NCBI GenBank assembly: GCA_965203515.1
Contig: OZ241907.1
Coordinates: 3,680,001 to 3,744,000, forward strand
Length of the DNA: 64,000 nucleotides
Reading direction: 5' to 3'
Origin: Spirochaetia bacterium
GTDB lineage: Bacteria; Spirochaetota; Spirochaetia; SZUA-6; Bin103
This document shows, piece after piece, positions 8,719 to 17,971 of this stretch. Both the position numbers and the translations under genes were made by a program. The notes under the pieces were generated by a model, which was given only the letters and a program-made list of their open reading frames with translations, was not told the DNA's origin and searched no databases. Within the stretch, counting starts at the first letter, position 1. Each line of letters opens with the position of its first letter.

Positions 8719-10833
8719 GTGGCGCGTCAGGACGAGCGGCCGGTGCGCATCGGCGCCGACGTCGGCGGGACCTTCACCGACGTGGTGCTCACCGATGGGG
8801 CCGGCCGGATCTGGAACCACAAGCTGCCATCGACTCCGCCGGACTTCGAGCAGGCGGCGCTGGCCGGCATCCGGCGTACGCTGAGCCGGTCCGGCGCCGC
8901 CGGCAGCGACGTCGCCCTGGTCTCGCACGGCACGACGGTGGCGACCAACGCCGTGCTGGAAGGGCGCGGCGCGCGCACCGCGCTGATCACCACCGCCGGG
9001 TTTCGCGACGTGCTGGAGCTGCGCCGCATCCGCGCGCCGCAGCTCTATGACCTGTTCTTCGAGAAGCCGCCGGCCCTCATCGAACGCCGCCTGCGGTTCG
9101 AGCTCGGCGAGCGGGTCACCGCGTCCGGCGATGTCCTGCGCGGCGTGCGGGAGGAAGAGCTCGAGCGCATCGCGGCCGCGCTGGCGCGCGAGCGGGTGGA
9201 GTCGGTCGCCGTCTGCCTGCTGCACGCCTACGCCTATCCGCAGCACGAGCGGCAGGTGGGCGAGTTTCTGCGCGGAACGTTGCCGCGGCTGCAGGTGTCG
9301 CTGTCGTGCGACATCCTGCCGGAACGGCGCGAGTACGAGCGCACGGCGACGACCGCGGTCAACGCCTACGTGCGCCCGACGATGGCCGCGTACCTGCTGG
9401 CGATGCGGCGGGGACTCGACGAGCTGGGCATCGACGCTCCGCTGCTCATCATGCAGTCGTCCGGCGGTCTGGCCTCCGCGGCGCACACCGCCCGGCGGCC
9501 GGTCTTCATGCTCGAATCCGGGCCGGCGGCCGGCGTGCTGGCCGCCAACCTGAGCGCCCGGCGGCTCGGCGCCGCCAACGTCATCACCCTGGACATGGGC
9601 GGCACCACCGCCAAGGCGTCGATGGTCGAGGGCGGGCGGGTGAACTACTCGGCCCAGTACGAGGTGGGCGCCTCGCTGTCGTCGGGCAGCCGTCTGGTGG
9701 GCGGCGGGGGTGAACTGATCCGCGCGCCGACCATCGACATCGCCGAGGTCGGCGCCGGCGGCGGCAGCGTGGCGTACGTCGACACGGCCGGCGGCCTGCG
9801 CGTCGGCCCGCGCTCGGCCGGGGCGCGGCCGGGGCCGGCCTGCTACCGCCGCGGCGGCGCCGAGCCGACCCTGACCGACGCCAACGTCGTCCTGGGCTAC
9901 ATCCGCCCCGGTCCCCTGGCGGACGGCGACGTGGTGATCGACGCCGAGCTCGCCCGGCGCAGCGTGGCCGACCGCGTCGCCGGCCCGCTCGGCCTCGACC
10001 TGCCGGCCGCCGCGTTCGGCATCCACCGGATCGCCAACGCCACCACCATGCGCGCGCTCCGCCAAGTGTCGACCGAGCGGGGCCGGGACCCGCGCGAGTT
10101 TACGCTCGTGGCCTTCGGCGGCGCCGGTCCCATCCATGCCGCCGGGCTGGCCGGCGAGCTGGCGATCCGCCGCGTGATCATCCCGCCGCTGCCCGGCCTG
10201 TTCAGCGCCATGGGCCTGCTGTTCTCCGGCATCGAGCACCACGCGGTGCGTAGCTGCCTGCTGTCGCGGCAGGAGCTGACGGCGGACGCGTTGGAGGCGG
10301 TCCGCGCCGGCCTGCGCGACGGTCTGATGAACGCCTTTGCCGAAGAGGGGCATGCGGCGGGCGAGGTGGCCGTCCGCTACAGCGCGGACGTACGCTTCCG
10401 CGGGCAGACTTCGGAGATCAACGTGCCGCTGGCGTCCGCAGGAGCATGGGGTCCTGACGATCTGGAGGCGTTGCGGGAGGCGTTCGCGGACGAGCACGAA
10501 CGCCTGTACGGCCACCGTTCCGATCCCGACAATCCGGTGGAGGTGACTGCCCTGCGCGCGGTCGGCCGCGCCGAGGTCCCGGACGCGAGCGACCGGCTGC
10601 GGCCCGGCGAGCCGGCCGCCGGGCCGTCCCGCGACCGCAGCGCCTGGTTCGGCCCGTCATGGGGCCGCATCGACACGCCGGTCTGCCGCCGGGAGGACCT
10701 GCGGCACGGCGCGCGCGGCCCGCTGCTGATCGACGAGTACGACACCACGATCGTGGTGCCGCCCGCACTGCGGGCCCGCGCGGACGACCTGCTCAACGTC
10801 CACGTCGAGATCGAAGCGGAGGCGCGGCCCTAG
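8719..10833 (+). CDS. Hydantoinase/oxoprolinase subunit A
   Basis: DVGGTFTD, HGTTVATN, ESGPAAG, DMGGTT, GAGGGS, FGGAG motifs; GGAG before GTG 8719. Confidence 0.93.
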   Translation: MARQDERPVRIGADVGGTFTDVVLTDGAGRIWNHKLPSTPPDFEQAALAGIRRTLSRSGAAGSDVALVSHGTTVATNAVLEGRGARTALITTAGFRDVLELRRIRAPQLYDLFFEKPPALIERRLRFELGERVTASGDVLRGVREEELERIAAALARERVESVAVCLLHAYAYPQHERQVGEFLRGTLPRLQVSLSCDILPERREYERTATTAVNAYVRPTMAAYLLAMRRGLDELGIDAPLLIMQSSGGLASAAHTARRPVFMLESGPAAGVLAANLSARRLGAANVITLDMGGTTAKASMVEGGRVNYSAQYEVGASLSSGSRLVGGGGELIRAPTIDIAEVGAGGGSVAYVDTAGGLRVGPRSAGARPGPACYRRGGAEPTLTDANVVLGYIRPGPLADGDVVIDAELARRSVADRVAGPLGLDLPAAAFGIHRIANATTMRALRQVSTERGRDPREFTLVAFGGAGPIHAAGLAGELAIRRVIIPPLPGLFSAMGLLFSGIEHHAVRSCLLSRQELTADALEAVRAGLRDGLMNAFAEEGHAAGEVAVRYSADVRFRGQTSEINVPLASAGAWGPDDLEALREAFADEHERLYGHRSDPDNPVEVTALRAVGRAEVPDASDRLRPGEPAAGPSRDRSAWFGPSWGRIDTPVCRREDLRHGARGPLLIDEYDTTIVVPPALRARADDLLNVHVEIEAEARP

Positions 10834-13098
10834 ATGACGCCCGATCCGGTCACGCGTGAGATCGTCAAGAACGCGCTGGCCGCGGCCGCCGACGAGATGG
10901 CGATCGCCCTCTACCGGACCGCCTACTCGACGATCGTGCGCGATTGCCTCGACTACTCCACCTCGCTCTGCGACGGCCAGGGCGAAATGATCGCGCAGGG
11001 CGTGACCATCCCGCTGCACCTCGGCTCGGTGCCGTTCGCGATGGAGACGCTGCTCGCCAAGTACGGCGAAAGCATGGAAGAGGGCGACATCTTCATCCTC
11101 AACGACCCCTTCGAGGGCGGCATGCACATCCCGGACATCTTCATCATCAAGCCGATCTACTGGGAGGGATCGCGCGTCGCCTTTTCCGTGGCCACCGCGC
11201 ACCATCTCGATCTGGGCGGGCGGCTGCCGGGAAGCTCGGCGTGCGACAACACCGAGATCTTCCAGGAAGGGCTGCGCATCCCGTGGCTGAAGCTGTATCG
11301 GCGGGGCGAGCCGGACGAGTCGCTGTTCGCGATGCTGCGGGTGAACGTCCGCGTGCCGGAGATGACGCTGGGCGACGTGCGCGCGCAGGTGGCGGCCTGC
11401 CACACCGGCGAGCGCGCGGTGCGCGAGCTCGTGCGCCGCTACGGCCCGGACACGTTCCGCGCGTGCGCGGCCGATCTGATCGACTACACCGAGCGGCTGA
11501 TGCGCGCCGAGATCGCGCGCTGGCCGGACGGCACGCGCACCTTCACCGACTACATGGACTCCGACGGGATGGGCGGCCCGCCGGTGAAGCTGCACGTGGC
11601 CGTGACGGTGCGGGGCGACAGCCTCACCGCGGACTTCACCGGCACCGCGGCCCAGGCGCCGGGAGCGATCAACAACACCTTCTCCTTCACCTTTTCGGTC
11701 GCCGCCCTGACCGTACGAGCGGCGTTGCGCCAGGAGCTGCCCAACACCGCCGGCATCTTCCGGCCGATCACGGTCATAGCTCCCGAAGGGACGGTGCTGA
11801 ACGTGGTGATGCCCGGCGCGTCGTCGATGCGCGGGATCACCGGCTTCCGGCTCGCCGACCTGATGTTCGGAGCGCTCGCGCAGTTCGTCCCGCACCGTAT
11901 CCAGGCGGCGGGCGAGGGGGGCAACTCGCTGGTGGTGATCGGCGGCCGCCGCCCCGATCGATCGCCCTACGTCTACAACGAGCTGATGACCGGCACGTGG
12001 GGCGCGCGCCCGGACCGCGACGGCAACGACGGGCTCTGCAACCCCGCCAACGTCGCCAGCAATATCCCGGTGGAGGAGGCCGAGAGCAACTACCCGGTGC
12101 GGATCGAGCGCTACGGACTGGTTCGGGACAGCGGCGGGCCGGGAAGATTCCGCGGCGGCATGGCGGTGGAGCGGGAGTGGCGGCTCCTGGACGGTCGCGC
12201 CCACCTGGCGATCCGTTCCGACCGGCGCGACCACCTGCCGTACGGGCTCGCCGGCGGCCGGCCGGGCCGGGGCTCCACCAACGTGCTGCGCCGGGCGTCC
12301 GGCCAGGAGGAGACCCTCATCACCATGATCTCCACGTCGATGGAGGCCGGCGAGCGGCTCTATCACCGCCAGGCCGCCGGCGGCGGCTGGGGCGATCCCC
12401 TGCAGCGGGACCCGGAGCTGGTGGCGCGGGACGTCCGCAACGACAAGGTGTCGCTCCGCTCGGCCCGCGAGGACTACGGCGTGGTCCTCGATCCCGACAC
12501 CTTCGCCGTGGACCGCAAGGCCACGCTCCGTCGACGGCGGCGGCCGGCGTCCGGTACGGTGGCGCAAGAAGTCGAAGAGCGCGAAGGACGTGAGGAGTCG
12601 AGGGTGAGTGACGTGCCGACGTACGTGCTGGAGCGGGCGTTCGATGCGCCGCGCGAGCTGGTGTGGAAGGCGTGGACCGATGCGGAGCTGCTGCCGCGCT
12701 GGTACGGGCCGGGGGTGGAGACGATCGTCCATCGCCTCGACGTGCGGCCCGGCGGGCTGTGGCTGGGCGAGATGCGCATGGGCGGCGGTTCGCATTACCA
12801 GCGGGTCGAGTACACGGAGGTGACGCCGCCGGAGCGGCTGGTCTGGCTCCACTCCGTCACGGACGCCGACTGGAACGTCACCGCCAACCCCATGATGCCG
12901 GGCTGGCCCCGCGTGCTGCTGACGACCGTGACGTTCCGGGAGGACGGCGGCCGGACCCGGATGCGCCTGACCTGGGTGCCGCACGAGGCGAGCGACGCTG
13001 AAATCGCCGCCTTCGCCGGCGCGATCGATAGCCTGGACAAGGGCTGGAGCGCCGGCATGGACCTGATCGTCGAGCTGCTGGCCGAACTGCAGGGCTGA
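10834..13098 (+). CDS. Hydantoinase/oxoprolinase subunit B, running in-frame into an SRPBCC/AHSA1 domain
   Basis: AYSTIVRDCLDYS, NDPFEGGMHIPD, HHLDLGG, DSGGPGRFRGG, GGGWGDP; the hydantoinase part ends near 12540. Confidence 0.88.
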   Translation: MTPDPVTREIVKNALAAAADEMAIALYRTAYSTIVRDCLDYSTSLCDGQGEMIAQGVTIPLHLGSVPFAMETLLAKYGESMEEGDIFILNDPFEGGMHIPDIFIIKPIYWEGSRVAFSVATAHHLDLGGRLPGSSACDNTEIFQEGLRIPWLKLYRRGEPDESLFAMLRVNVRVPEMTLGDVRAQVAACHTGERAVRELVRRYGPDTFRACAADLIDYTERLMRAEIARWPDGTRTFTDYMDSDGMGGPPVKLHVAVTVRGDSLTADFTGTAAQAPGAINNTFSFTFSVAALTVRAALRQELPNTAGIFRPITVIAPEGTVLNVVMPGASSMRGITGFRLADLMFGALAQFVPHRIQAAGEGGNSLVVIGGRRPDRSPYVYNELMTGTWGARPDRDGNDGLCNPANVASNIPVEEAESNYPVRIERYGLVRDSGGPGRFRGGMAVEREWRLLDGRAHLAIRSDRRDHLPYGLAGGRPGRGSTNVLRRASGQEETLITMISTSMEAGERLYHRQAAGGGWGDPLQRDPELVARDVRNDKVSLRSAREDYGVVLDPDTFAVDRKATLRRRRRPASGTVAQEVEEREGREESRVSDVPTYVLERAFDAPRELVWKAWTDAELLPRWYGPGVETIVHRLDVRPGGLWLGEMRMGGGSHYQRVEYTEVTPPERLVWLHSVTDADWNVTANPMMPGWPRVLLTTVTFREDGGRTRMRLTWVPHEASDAEIAAFAGAIDSLDKGWSAGMDLIVELLAELQG
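12604..13098 (+). CDS. SRPBCC/AHSA1 (START-like) domain protein, probably its own gene
   Basis: LERAFDAPRELVWKAWTD...GW; GAGGAG at 12592-12597 lies 6 nt before GTG 12604. Confidence 0.75.
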   Translation: MSDVPTYVLERAFDAPRELVWKAWTDAELLPRWYGPGVETIVHRLDVRPGGLWLGEMRMGGGSHYQRVEYTEVTPPERLVWLHSVTDADWNVTANPMMPGWPRVLLTTVTFREDGGRTRMRLTWVPHEASDAEIAAFAGAIDSLDKGWSAGMDLIVELLAELQG

Positions 13099-13126
13099 GC
13101 CGACGGCGCGGCAGGCTGCCGAATCG

Positions 13127-14230
13127 ATGCGAGTGACCAACGTCAGGGTCGATCTGTTCGCCTGGAACGGCGAAGTGTGGAAGACCGGCATCGGCGCCAC
13201 GTTCGGCGGCGCGACCCGGCTCGGCGTGGTGAGCGTGGAGACCGACGCCGGCATCACCGGCAACGCGTTTCTGGGCAGCTCCCACGTCGGCGGGCACCAC
13301 TTGGCCGGCCCGCTGGTCGAGTACCTCAAGCCGGTCGTCATGGGTCAGGACCCGCAGGACATCGGGCGGCTCTGGCAGCGGCTCTGGAAGATGAACCGCC
13401 AGGCGCCGATTCCCGCGATCGGCGCGATCGACATCTGCCTGTGGGACATCAATGGCAAGATCGCCGGCCAACCGATCCACCGGCTGCTCGGCACCTGCAA
13501 GGATGCGGTTCCCGCGTATTCCAGCACCGCGTACCACCGGACCGCGGCCGAGTACGCGGAGGAGGCGCTGCGGTTCAAGGAGCTGGGATGGCAGGCGCAC
13601 AAGCTCCATCCGCACGGCGAGCCGAACGCGGACATCGACATCTGCCGCGCGGTGCGCGAGGCGGTCGGCGGCGACTTCACGCTCATGCTCGACTCGATGT
13701 GGGCGTACCGGTATGCCGACGCGCTGCGCGTCGGCCGCGCCGTCGAGGAGATGGGCTACTACTGGTACGAGGACCCGCTCGCCGAAGAGGACCTCTACAA
13801 CTACGTCGACCTGGGACAGAAGCTCGACATCCCGATCATGTCGACCGAGTACGCGCCGGGCCGGTTTCCCGGCATGGCCGCATGGATCACGCAGCGGGCC
13901 ACCGACATCCTCCGCGGCGACGTCGCCGTCACCGGCGGCATCACGCCGCTTGTTCGCCAATGCCACCTGGCCGAGGGTTTCGGCATGCGCTGCGAGCTCC
14001 ACCACGGCGGCAACAGCCTCAACAACGTCGCCAACCTGCACGTGACGATGGCCGTTCCCAACTGCGAGTTCTACGAGTTCTTTCCCTGTACCGGTGCGAA
14101 CGTGTACGGCCTGGTCCGGGACATCGAGGTCGACGCTGCCGGCATGGTGCATGCGCCGGTCGAGCCGGGGCTCGGCTATGCGATCGACTGGGACTTGGTG
14201 AACCGGGAACGGATCGCCGCGGTCGAGTAG
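13127..14230 (+). CDS. Mandelate racemase/muconate lactonizing enzyme family (enolase superfamily)
   Basis: AIDICLWDINGK..GQPIHRLLG, LMLD, WYEDP, STE, PGLG motifs. Confidence 0.9.
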   Translation: MRVTNVRVDLFAWNGEVWKTGIGATFGGATRLGVVSVETDAGITGNAFLGSSHVGGHHLAGPLVEYLKPVVMGQDPQDIGRLWQRLWKMNRQAPIPAIGAIDICLWDINGKIAGQPIHRLLGTCKDAVPAYSSTAYHRTAAEYAEEALRFKELGWQAHKLHPHGEPNADIDICRAVREAVGGDFTLMLDSMWAYRYADALRVGRAVEEMGYYWYEDPLAEEDLYNYVDLGQKLDIPIMSTEYAPGRFPGMAAWITQRATDILRGDVAVTGGITPLVRQCHLAEGFGMRCELHHGGNSLNNVANLHVTMAVPNCEFYEFFPCTGANVYGLVRDIEVDAAGMVHAPVEPGLGYAIDWDLVNRERIAAVE

Positions 14231-14237
14231 GCGGCCG

Positions 14238-14990
14238 GTGCGCGACGAAGCCCCGTCGATCCCGGATCCGCAGTACCGCTGGAGACCGGGCGCCGGTCCG
14301 CGCACTCCGGAAGAGATCGACGCGTTCTTCCATTCGGCTGCGATCGAGCGGCTCAAGGAGCTGATGTGCGACATCGGCCGCCGCCTGTGGCAGCGGGAGT
14401 TCGTGGACGGCAACGGCGGCAACCTGACCATCCGCGTCGGCGACGATCTGGTGCTGTGCACGCCGACCGGCACCAGCAAAGGCTTCATGACGCCGGACAT
14501 GATGTGCCTGGTCGACATGCGGGGCCGGCAGGTGGCCGGCGCGCGGGTGCGCACCAGCGAGATACTCACCCACCTGGGCGTCATGCGGCGGCAGCCGGAC
14601 GCCAAGGCGTGCTGCCACGCGCATCCGCCGACCGCGACCGGCTGCGCCGTGGCCGGCGTCGCGCCGGAGCGGTTCCTCACCCCGGAGGCGGAGGTGTTTC
14701 TGGGCGAGGTGGGGCTGGCCGAGTACCGGAATCCGGGCAGCGCTGCCAACGGCCTCGCGGTGGGCGGCGCGGCGGAGCGGCACCTGTGCGTGCTGATGCG
14801 CAATCACGGGGTGATGACCCGCGGCAAGCACCTGGAGATCGCCTACTGGCGGATGGAAAACGTGGAGGCGCTCTGCCGCACCTGGCTGGCCGCGCGCGCG
14901 GCGCTCCCGCAGGGAACGCTCCCGCGGATCACCGGCGACGAGGCTCGGCACCTCCGGGAGCTCTACGCACGAATGTCGTCGGAAGGTTGA
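14238..14990 (+). CDS. Class II aldolase/adducin family protein
   Basis: GGNLTIR, TPTG, TSE, HAHPP, LMRNHG motifs. Confidence 0.9.
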   Translation: MRDEAPSIPDPQYRWRPGAGPRTPEEIDAFFHSAAIERLKELMCDIGRRLWQREFVDGNGGNLTIRVGDDLVLCTPTGTSKGFMTPDMMCLVDMRGRQVAGARVRTSEILTHLGVMRRQPDAKACCHAHPPTATGCAVAGVAPERFLTPEAEVFLGEVGLAEYRNPGSAANGLAVGGAAERHLCVLMRNHGVMTRGKHLEIAYWRMENVEALCRTWLAARAALPQGTLPRITGDEARHLRELYARMSSEG

Positions 14991-15016
14991 CGGATCGCGC
15001 GGCGCGGCCGCGTGGA

Positions 15017-15919
15017 TCAGCCCTTGACCGCTCCCAGGGTGATGCCTCGTTCGAACGCCCTTCTCATGAACGGAAAGATGATCAGCAGCGGCGCCGAGGA
15101 GACGACCATGGAGACGTACTTGATCCCTTCCCGGATGCGTATCTGCAGGTCGTAGTCGATGCGGTCGCTGAGCATGGCGGCGACCGTCACCGAGTCGGCG
15201 GCGATGAGAATCTCGCGCAGGATCAGTTGCAGGGGGAACCGGTCGCGCGAGGTGAGAAAGATCAGGGCCTGGACATACGAGTTCCAGTGTCCGATCCCGT
15301 AGCTCAGCGCCAGAAACGTCACCAGCGGCGTCGATACCGGCAGGACCACCCTGAACAGGAGTTGGAAGTTGTTGCAGCCGTCGATGCGTCCGGCCTCTTG
15401 CATCTCGTTCGGAACGGCGGTCTCGAAGAAGGACCGCGCGATGATGATCATGAACGCGTTCACGGCGTTGGGGGCGACCATCGCCCAGAACGTATCGAGC
15501 ATGCCAAGGCGGCGCACCACCAGATAGGTCGGGATCAGCCCGCCGGAAAGATAGAGCGTGACCACCAGCGCTTTCAGGATGATCTTGCGGCCGTGCAGGT
15601 CCTTGCGCGACAGCGGGTAGGCGGCCAGCACCGTCAACAGCACGTTCAAGGCAACGCCGCCCGCCATGTACAGGATGCTGTTGCGAAAGCCGGTCCAGAT
15701 CACCGGCGTGGACAGGATGCGGTCGTACGCTTCGAGGGTGAGCCCCTTCGGCCAGAACACCACCGGCTCCCGCAGCAGCTCCTTGATGTCGCTGAACGAC
15801 GCGACCACGACGTACCACAGCGGGTAGACGATGGCGAGCAGGAACAGGCCGATCAGCGCGACGTTGGCCACGTCGAAGACCCGCTCCGACCGCGTGCGGG
15901 CAAACCGGTCTATCCCCAC
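15017..15919 (-). CDS. Carbohydrate ABC transporter permease (MalG/LplC-like)
   Basis: AYPLSR, GGLIPTY, EAGRIDG (EAA loop), HWNSY, GAVKG end; GTG start 15919. Confidence 0.92.
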   Translation of the reverse strand: MGIDRFARTRSERVFDVANVALIGLFLLAIVYPLWYVVVASFSDIKELLREPVVFWPKGLTLEAYDRILSTPVIWTGFRNSILYMAGGVALNVLLTVLAAYPLSRKDLHGRKIILKALVVTLYLSGGLIPTYLVVRRLGMLDTFWAMVAPNAVNAFMIIIARSFFETAVPNEMQEAGRIDGCNNFQLLFRVVLPVSTPLVTFLALSYGIGHWNSYVQALIFLTSRDRFPLQLILREILIAADSVTVAAMLSDRIDYDLQIRIREGIKYVSMVVSSAPLLIIFPFMRRAFERGITLGAVKG

Positions 15920-16812
15920 AGGCTGACCCCGCGCGCGCGCTTCGATACGGTATTGGCCGCGACCAGGAACAACACGTTGATGGCCATGTTGAAGATCGAT
16001 ATCGCCGTGGAGTAGCTGAACTGCGCCTGCAGCAGGCCGGCTTTGTACACGTACGTCGAAATCACCTCGGAGGCCTCGAGGTTGAGGTCGTTCTGGAGCA
16101 GGAGCACCTTCTCGAATCCCAGGGTCATGATGTTGCCGATCTGCAGAATCAGCAGCATGACGATGATCGGCGAGATCGACGGCAACGTGACGTGCCACAT
16201 CCTGCGCACCTTGCGCGCCCCGTCGATCACCGCCGCTTCGTAGTACGAGTCCGGGATGGTGGCCATCGCCGCCGTGTAGATGATCGTCGAGAACCCGACC
16301 CGCTGCCAGATCGACGACCATACGTAGACGTGCCAGAAGTACTCCGGTTCGGCCAGGTAGTGGCGCGCCTCCAGCCCCAGCGCGCCGAGCAGGGCGTTGA
16401 CGATGCCGGCGCTCGGTGACAGGAAGTTCACGATCATGCCGGCGACCACCATGATCGACAGGAAGCTCGGCGCGTAGGAGATCACCTGCGCGACGTTCCT
16501 GAATCGGATCGAGCGCAGTTCGTTGAACATGAGCGCCAGGACGATCGACGCCGGAAAGCCGACCAGCAGCTCGTAGAGGTTGATGCCGATCGTGTTCCTG
16601 AGCGTGCGGAACAGGTAGAACGATCCGAAGTAGCGGACGAAGTGCTTCAGCCCCACCCACGGGCTGCCCCAGAAGCCGCCGCTGACGGTGAAGTCGCGGA
16701 AGCCGATCTGAATGCCGTACAGCGGCCAGAGCCAGAAGACCGCATAGAACAGCAGGACCGGGGCGAGCATCAGGTAGAGGTCCGCGTTGCCGCGGACGCG
16801 CTTGCCGTGCAC
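15910..16812 (-). CDS. Carbohydrate ABC transporter permease (MalF/LplB-like)
   Basis: SPWVGLKHF, YEAAVIDGA, HVTLP, GFEKVLLLQN motifs. Confidence 0.92.
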   Translation of the reverse strand: MHGKRVRGNADLYLMLAPVLLFYAVFWLWPLYGIQIGFRDFTVSGGFWGSPWVGLKHFVRYFGSFYLFRTLRNTIGINLYELLVGFPASIVLALMFNELRSIRFRNVAQVISYAPSFLSIMVVAGMIVNFLSPSAGIVNALLGALGLEARHYLAEPEYFWHVYVWSSIWQRVGFSTIIYTAAMATIPDSYYEAAVIDGARKVRRMWHVTLPSISPIIVMLLILQIGNIMTLGFEKVLLLQNDLNLEASEVISTYVYKAGLLQAQFSYSTAISIFNMAINVLFLVAANTVSKRARGVSLWG

Positions 16813-16844
16813 GACTCGATCGATCCGGCGTCCGGCGAAGGGAA

Positions 16845-17948
16845 TCAGGCGATGCCGGCGGCCGCCTCACGTTCGCGCGCGGGCGCCGTCGCGGGAACGG
16901 ATGCCGCCGCGGGCAGTTCCGGGACGAATCGGTAGTCCGGCTCGCGTGCCTGCCGTTCGAGAATGCGGGCGATCTGCGTCCACGTCTCGCGCAGGCCGCG
17001 CGTGCAGCGCGGCATGTCGCGGCGGATCAGCCGGTGCAGGCGACCGAGCCGGTAGCAGGGCACGGCGGCGTACATGTGATGCTCGGTGTGGTAGTTCATG
17101 TGCCAGTACAGGAACTGCAGCACCGGGCTCAGGTAGATCGTCCGGCAACAGAGGCGATAGTCGGGGACGTTGTCCTGCAGGCCGATGTGCTGCGTCGCGT
17201 TGCACAGGCGCTGCAGCCAGCCGCCGAACGCCCGCGGAAAGGTGATCACCAGCGGCACCACCCACAGACCGTTCGCCAGCGCCGCGGCGGCGATCGCCAG
17301 GTGTCCGAACAGCACGATCCGGTCCCAGTTGCGCCGCGCCCGGCGCCGTTCGGGCGCGCTCGGCGGAAACAGATCGGCGAGCCAGGAGCCGGCCGGGCCG
17401 ACGTAGCCGCGGACGGTCCGCGCGTAGCCCTTGAGCACCGCGGGGACGTAACGGAGATCGACGATCCCCGACTTCCAGAAGTCCTGCAGGTCGAAGCTGC
17501 CGGGGATCTCCACCTCGCGGTCGGCCGGCGGATGCAGCGTGTACTTGTGGTGCGCGGTGTGGCTGGCCCAGAACACGTGATGGTTGTACCAGCCGATGAA
17601 CGAGTAGATGCGCAGGAACAGCCGGTTGAGCCACCGCGTCCTGAACACCGAGTCGTGGATCAGCTCGTGGAATCCGTTGACGATGAAGTGCCAGAAGTGG
17701 CCGTTGACCAGCACCAGCAGCGCGGTGACGTACCACGGCCAGTGGAGCGAGGAGTAGATCGCCGCTCCCGATGCCGCCGCCAACACCGCCAGGAAGCCGA
17801 GGGTCTGCGCGAATCCCAGCGCGTCGCTCTTCCGGTTCAGCTCCTTCAGCCGTTCGCGCGGCACCGGGCAGCGGTACCACGCCACGCGCTTACCCACGCG
17901 CGAAGGCTCCCGCGTATTCGGGTACGTCGCCGGACCGGCCCCGCTCAT
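16845..17948 (-). CDS. Fatty-acid-desaturase-family membrane di-iron enzyme (MocD-like), paralog of 7521..8711
   Basis: HELIH, HTAHH, QH, HTEHH boxes; shares VAWYR, GL.DNV.D.R, MN.HTEHHMYA.VPCY with the paralog. Confidence 0.88.
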   Translation of the reverse strand: MSGAGPATYPNTREPSRVGKRVAWYRCPVPRERLKELNRKSDALGFAQTLGFLAVLAAASGAAIYSSLHWPWYVTALLVLVNGHFWHFIVNGFHELIHDSVFRTRWLNRLFLRIYSFIGWYNHHVFWASHTAHHKYTLHPPADREVEIPGSFDLQDFWKSGIVDLRYVPAVLKGYARTVRGYVGPAGSWLADLFPPSAPERRRARRNWDRIVLFGHLAIAAAALANGLWVVPLVITFPRAFGGWLQRLCNATQHIGLQDNVPDYRLCCRTIYLSPVLQFLYWHMNYHTEHHMYAAVPCYRLGRLHRLIRRDMPRCTRGLRETWTQIARILERQAREPDYRFVPELPAAASVPATAPAREREAAAGIA

Positions 17949-17971
17949 CTCGACACGATACCATGGATGCC
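17949..17971. promoter_or_regulatory. Putative bidirectional promoter with overlapping -10 elements
   Basis: Minus TATCGT (17955-17960) is 6 nt from ATG 17948; plus TACCAT (17959-17964) is 7 nt from GTG 17972. Confidence 0.5.

Noticed and set aside
8458..13341. Long antisense ORFs (685 and 894 aa) and similar shadow ORFs throughout the window
   Set aside because: They mirror well-supported genes, have Arg/Ala/Gly-rich non-protein-like sequence, and are expected in high-GC DNA
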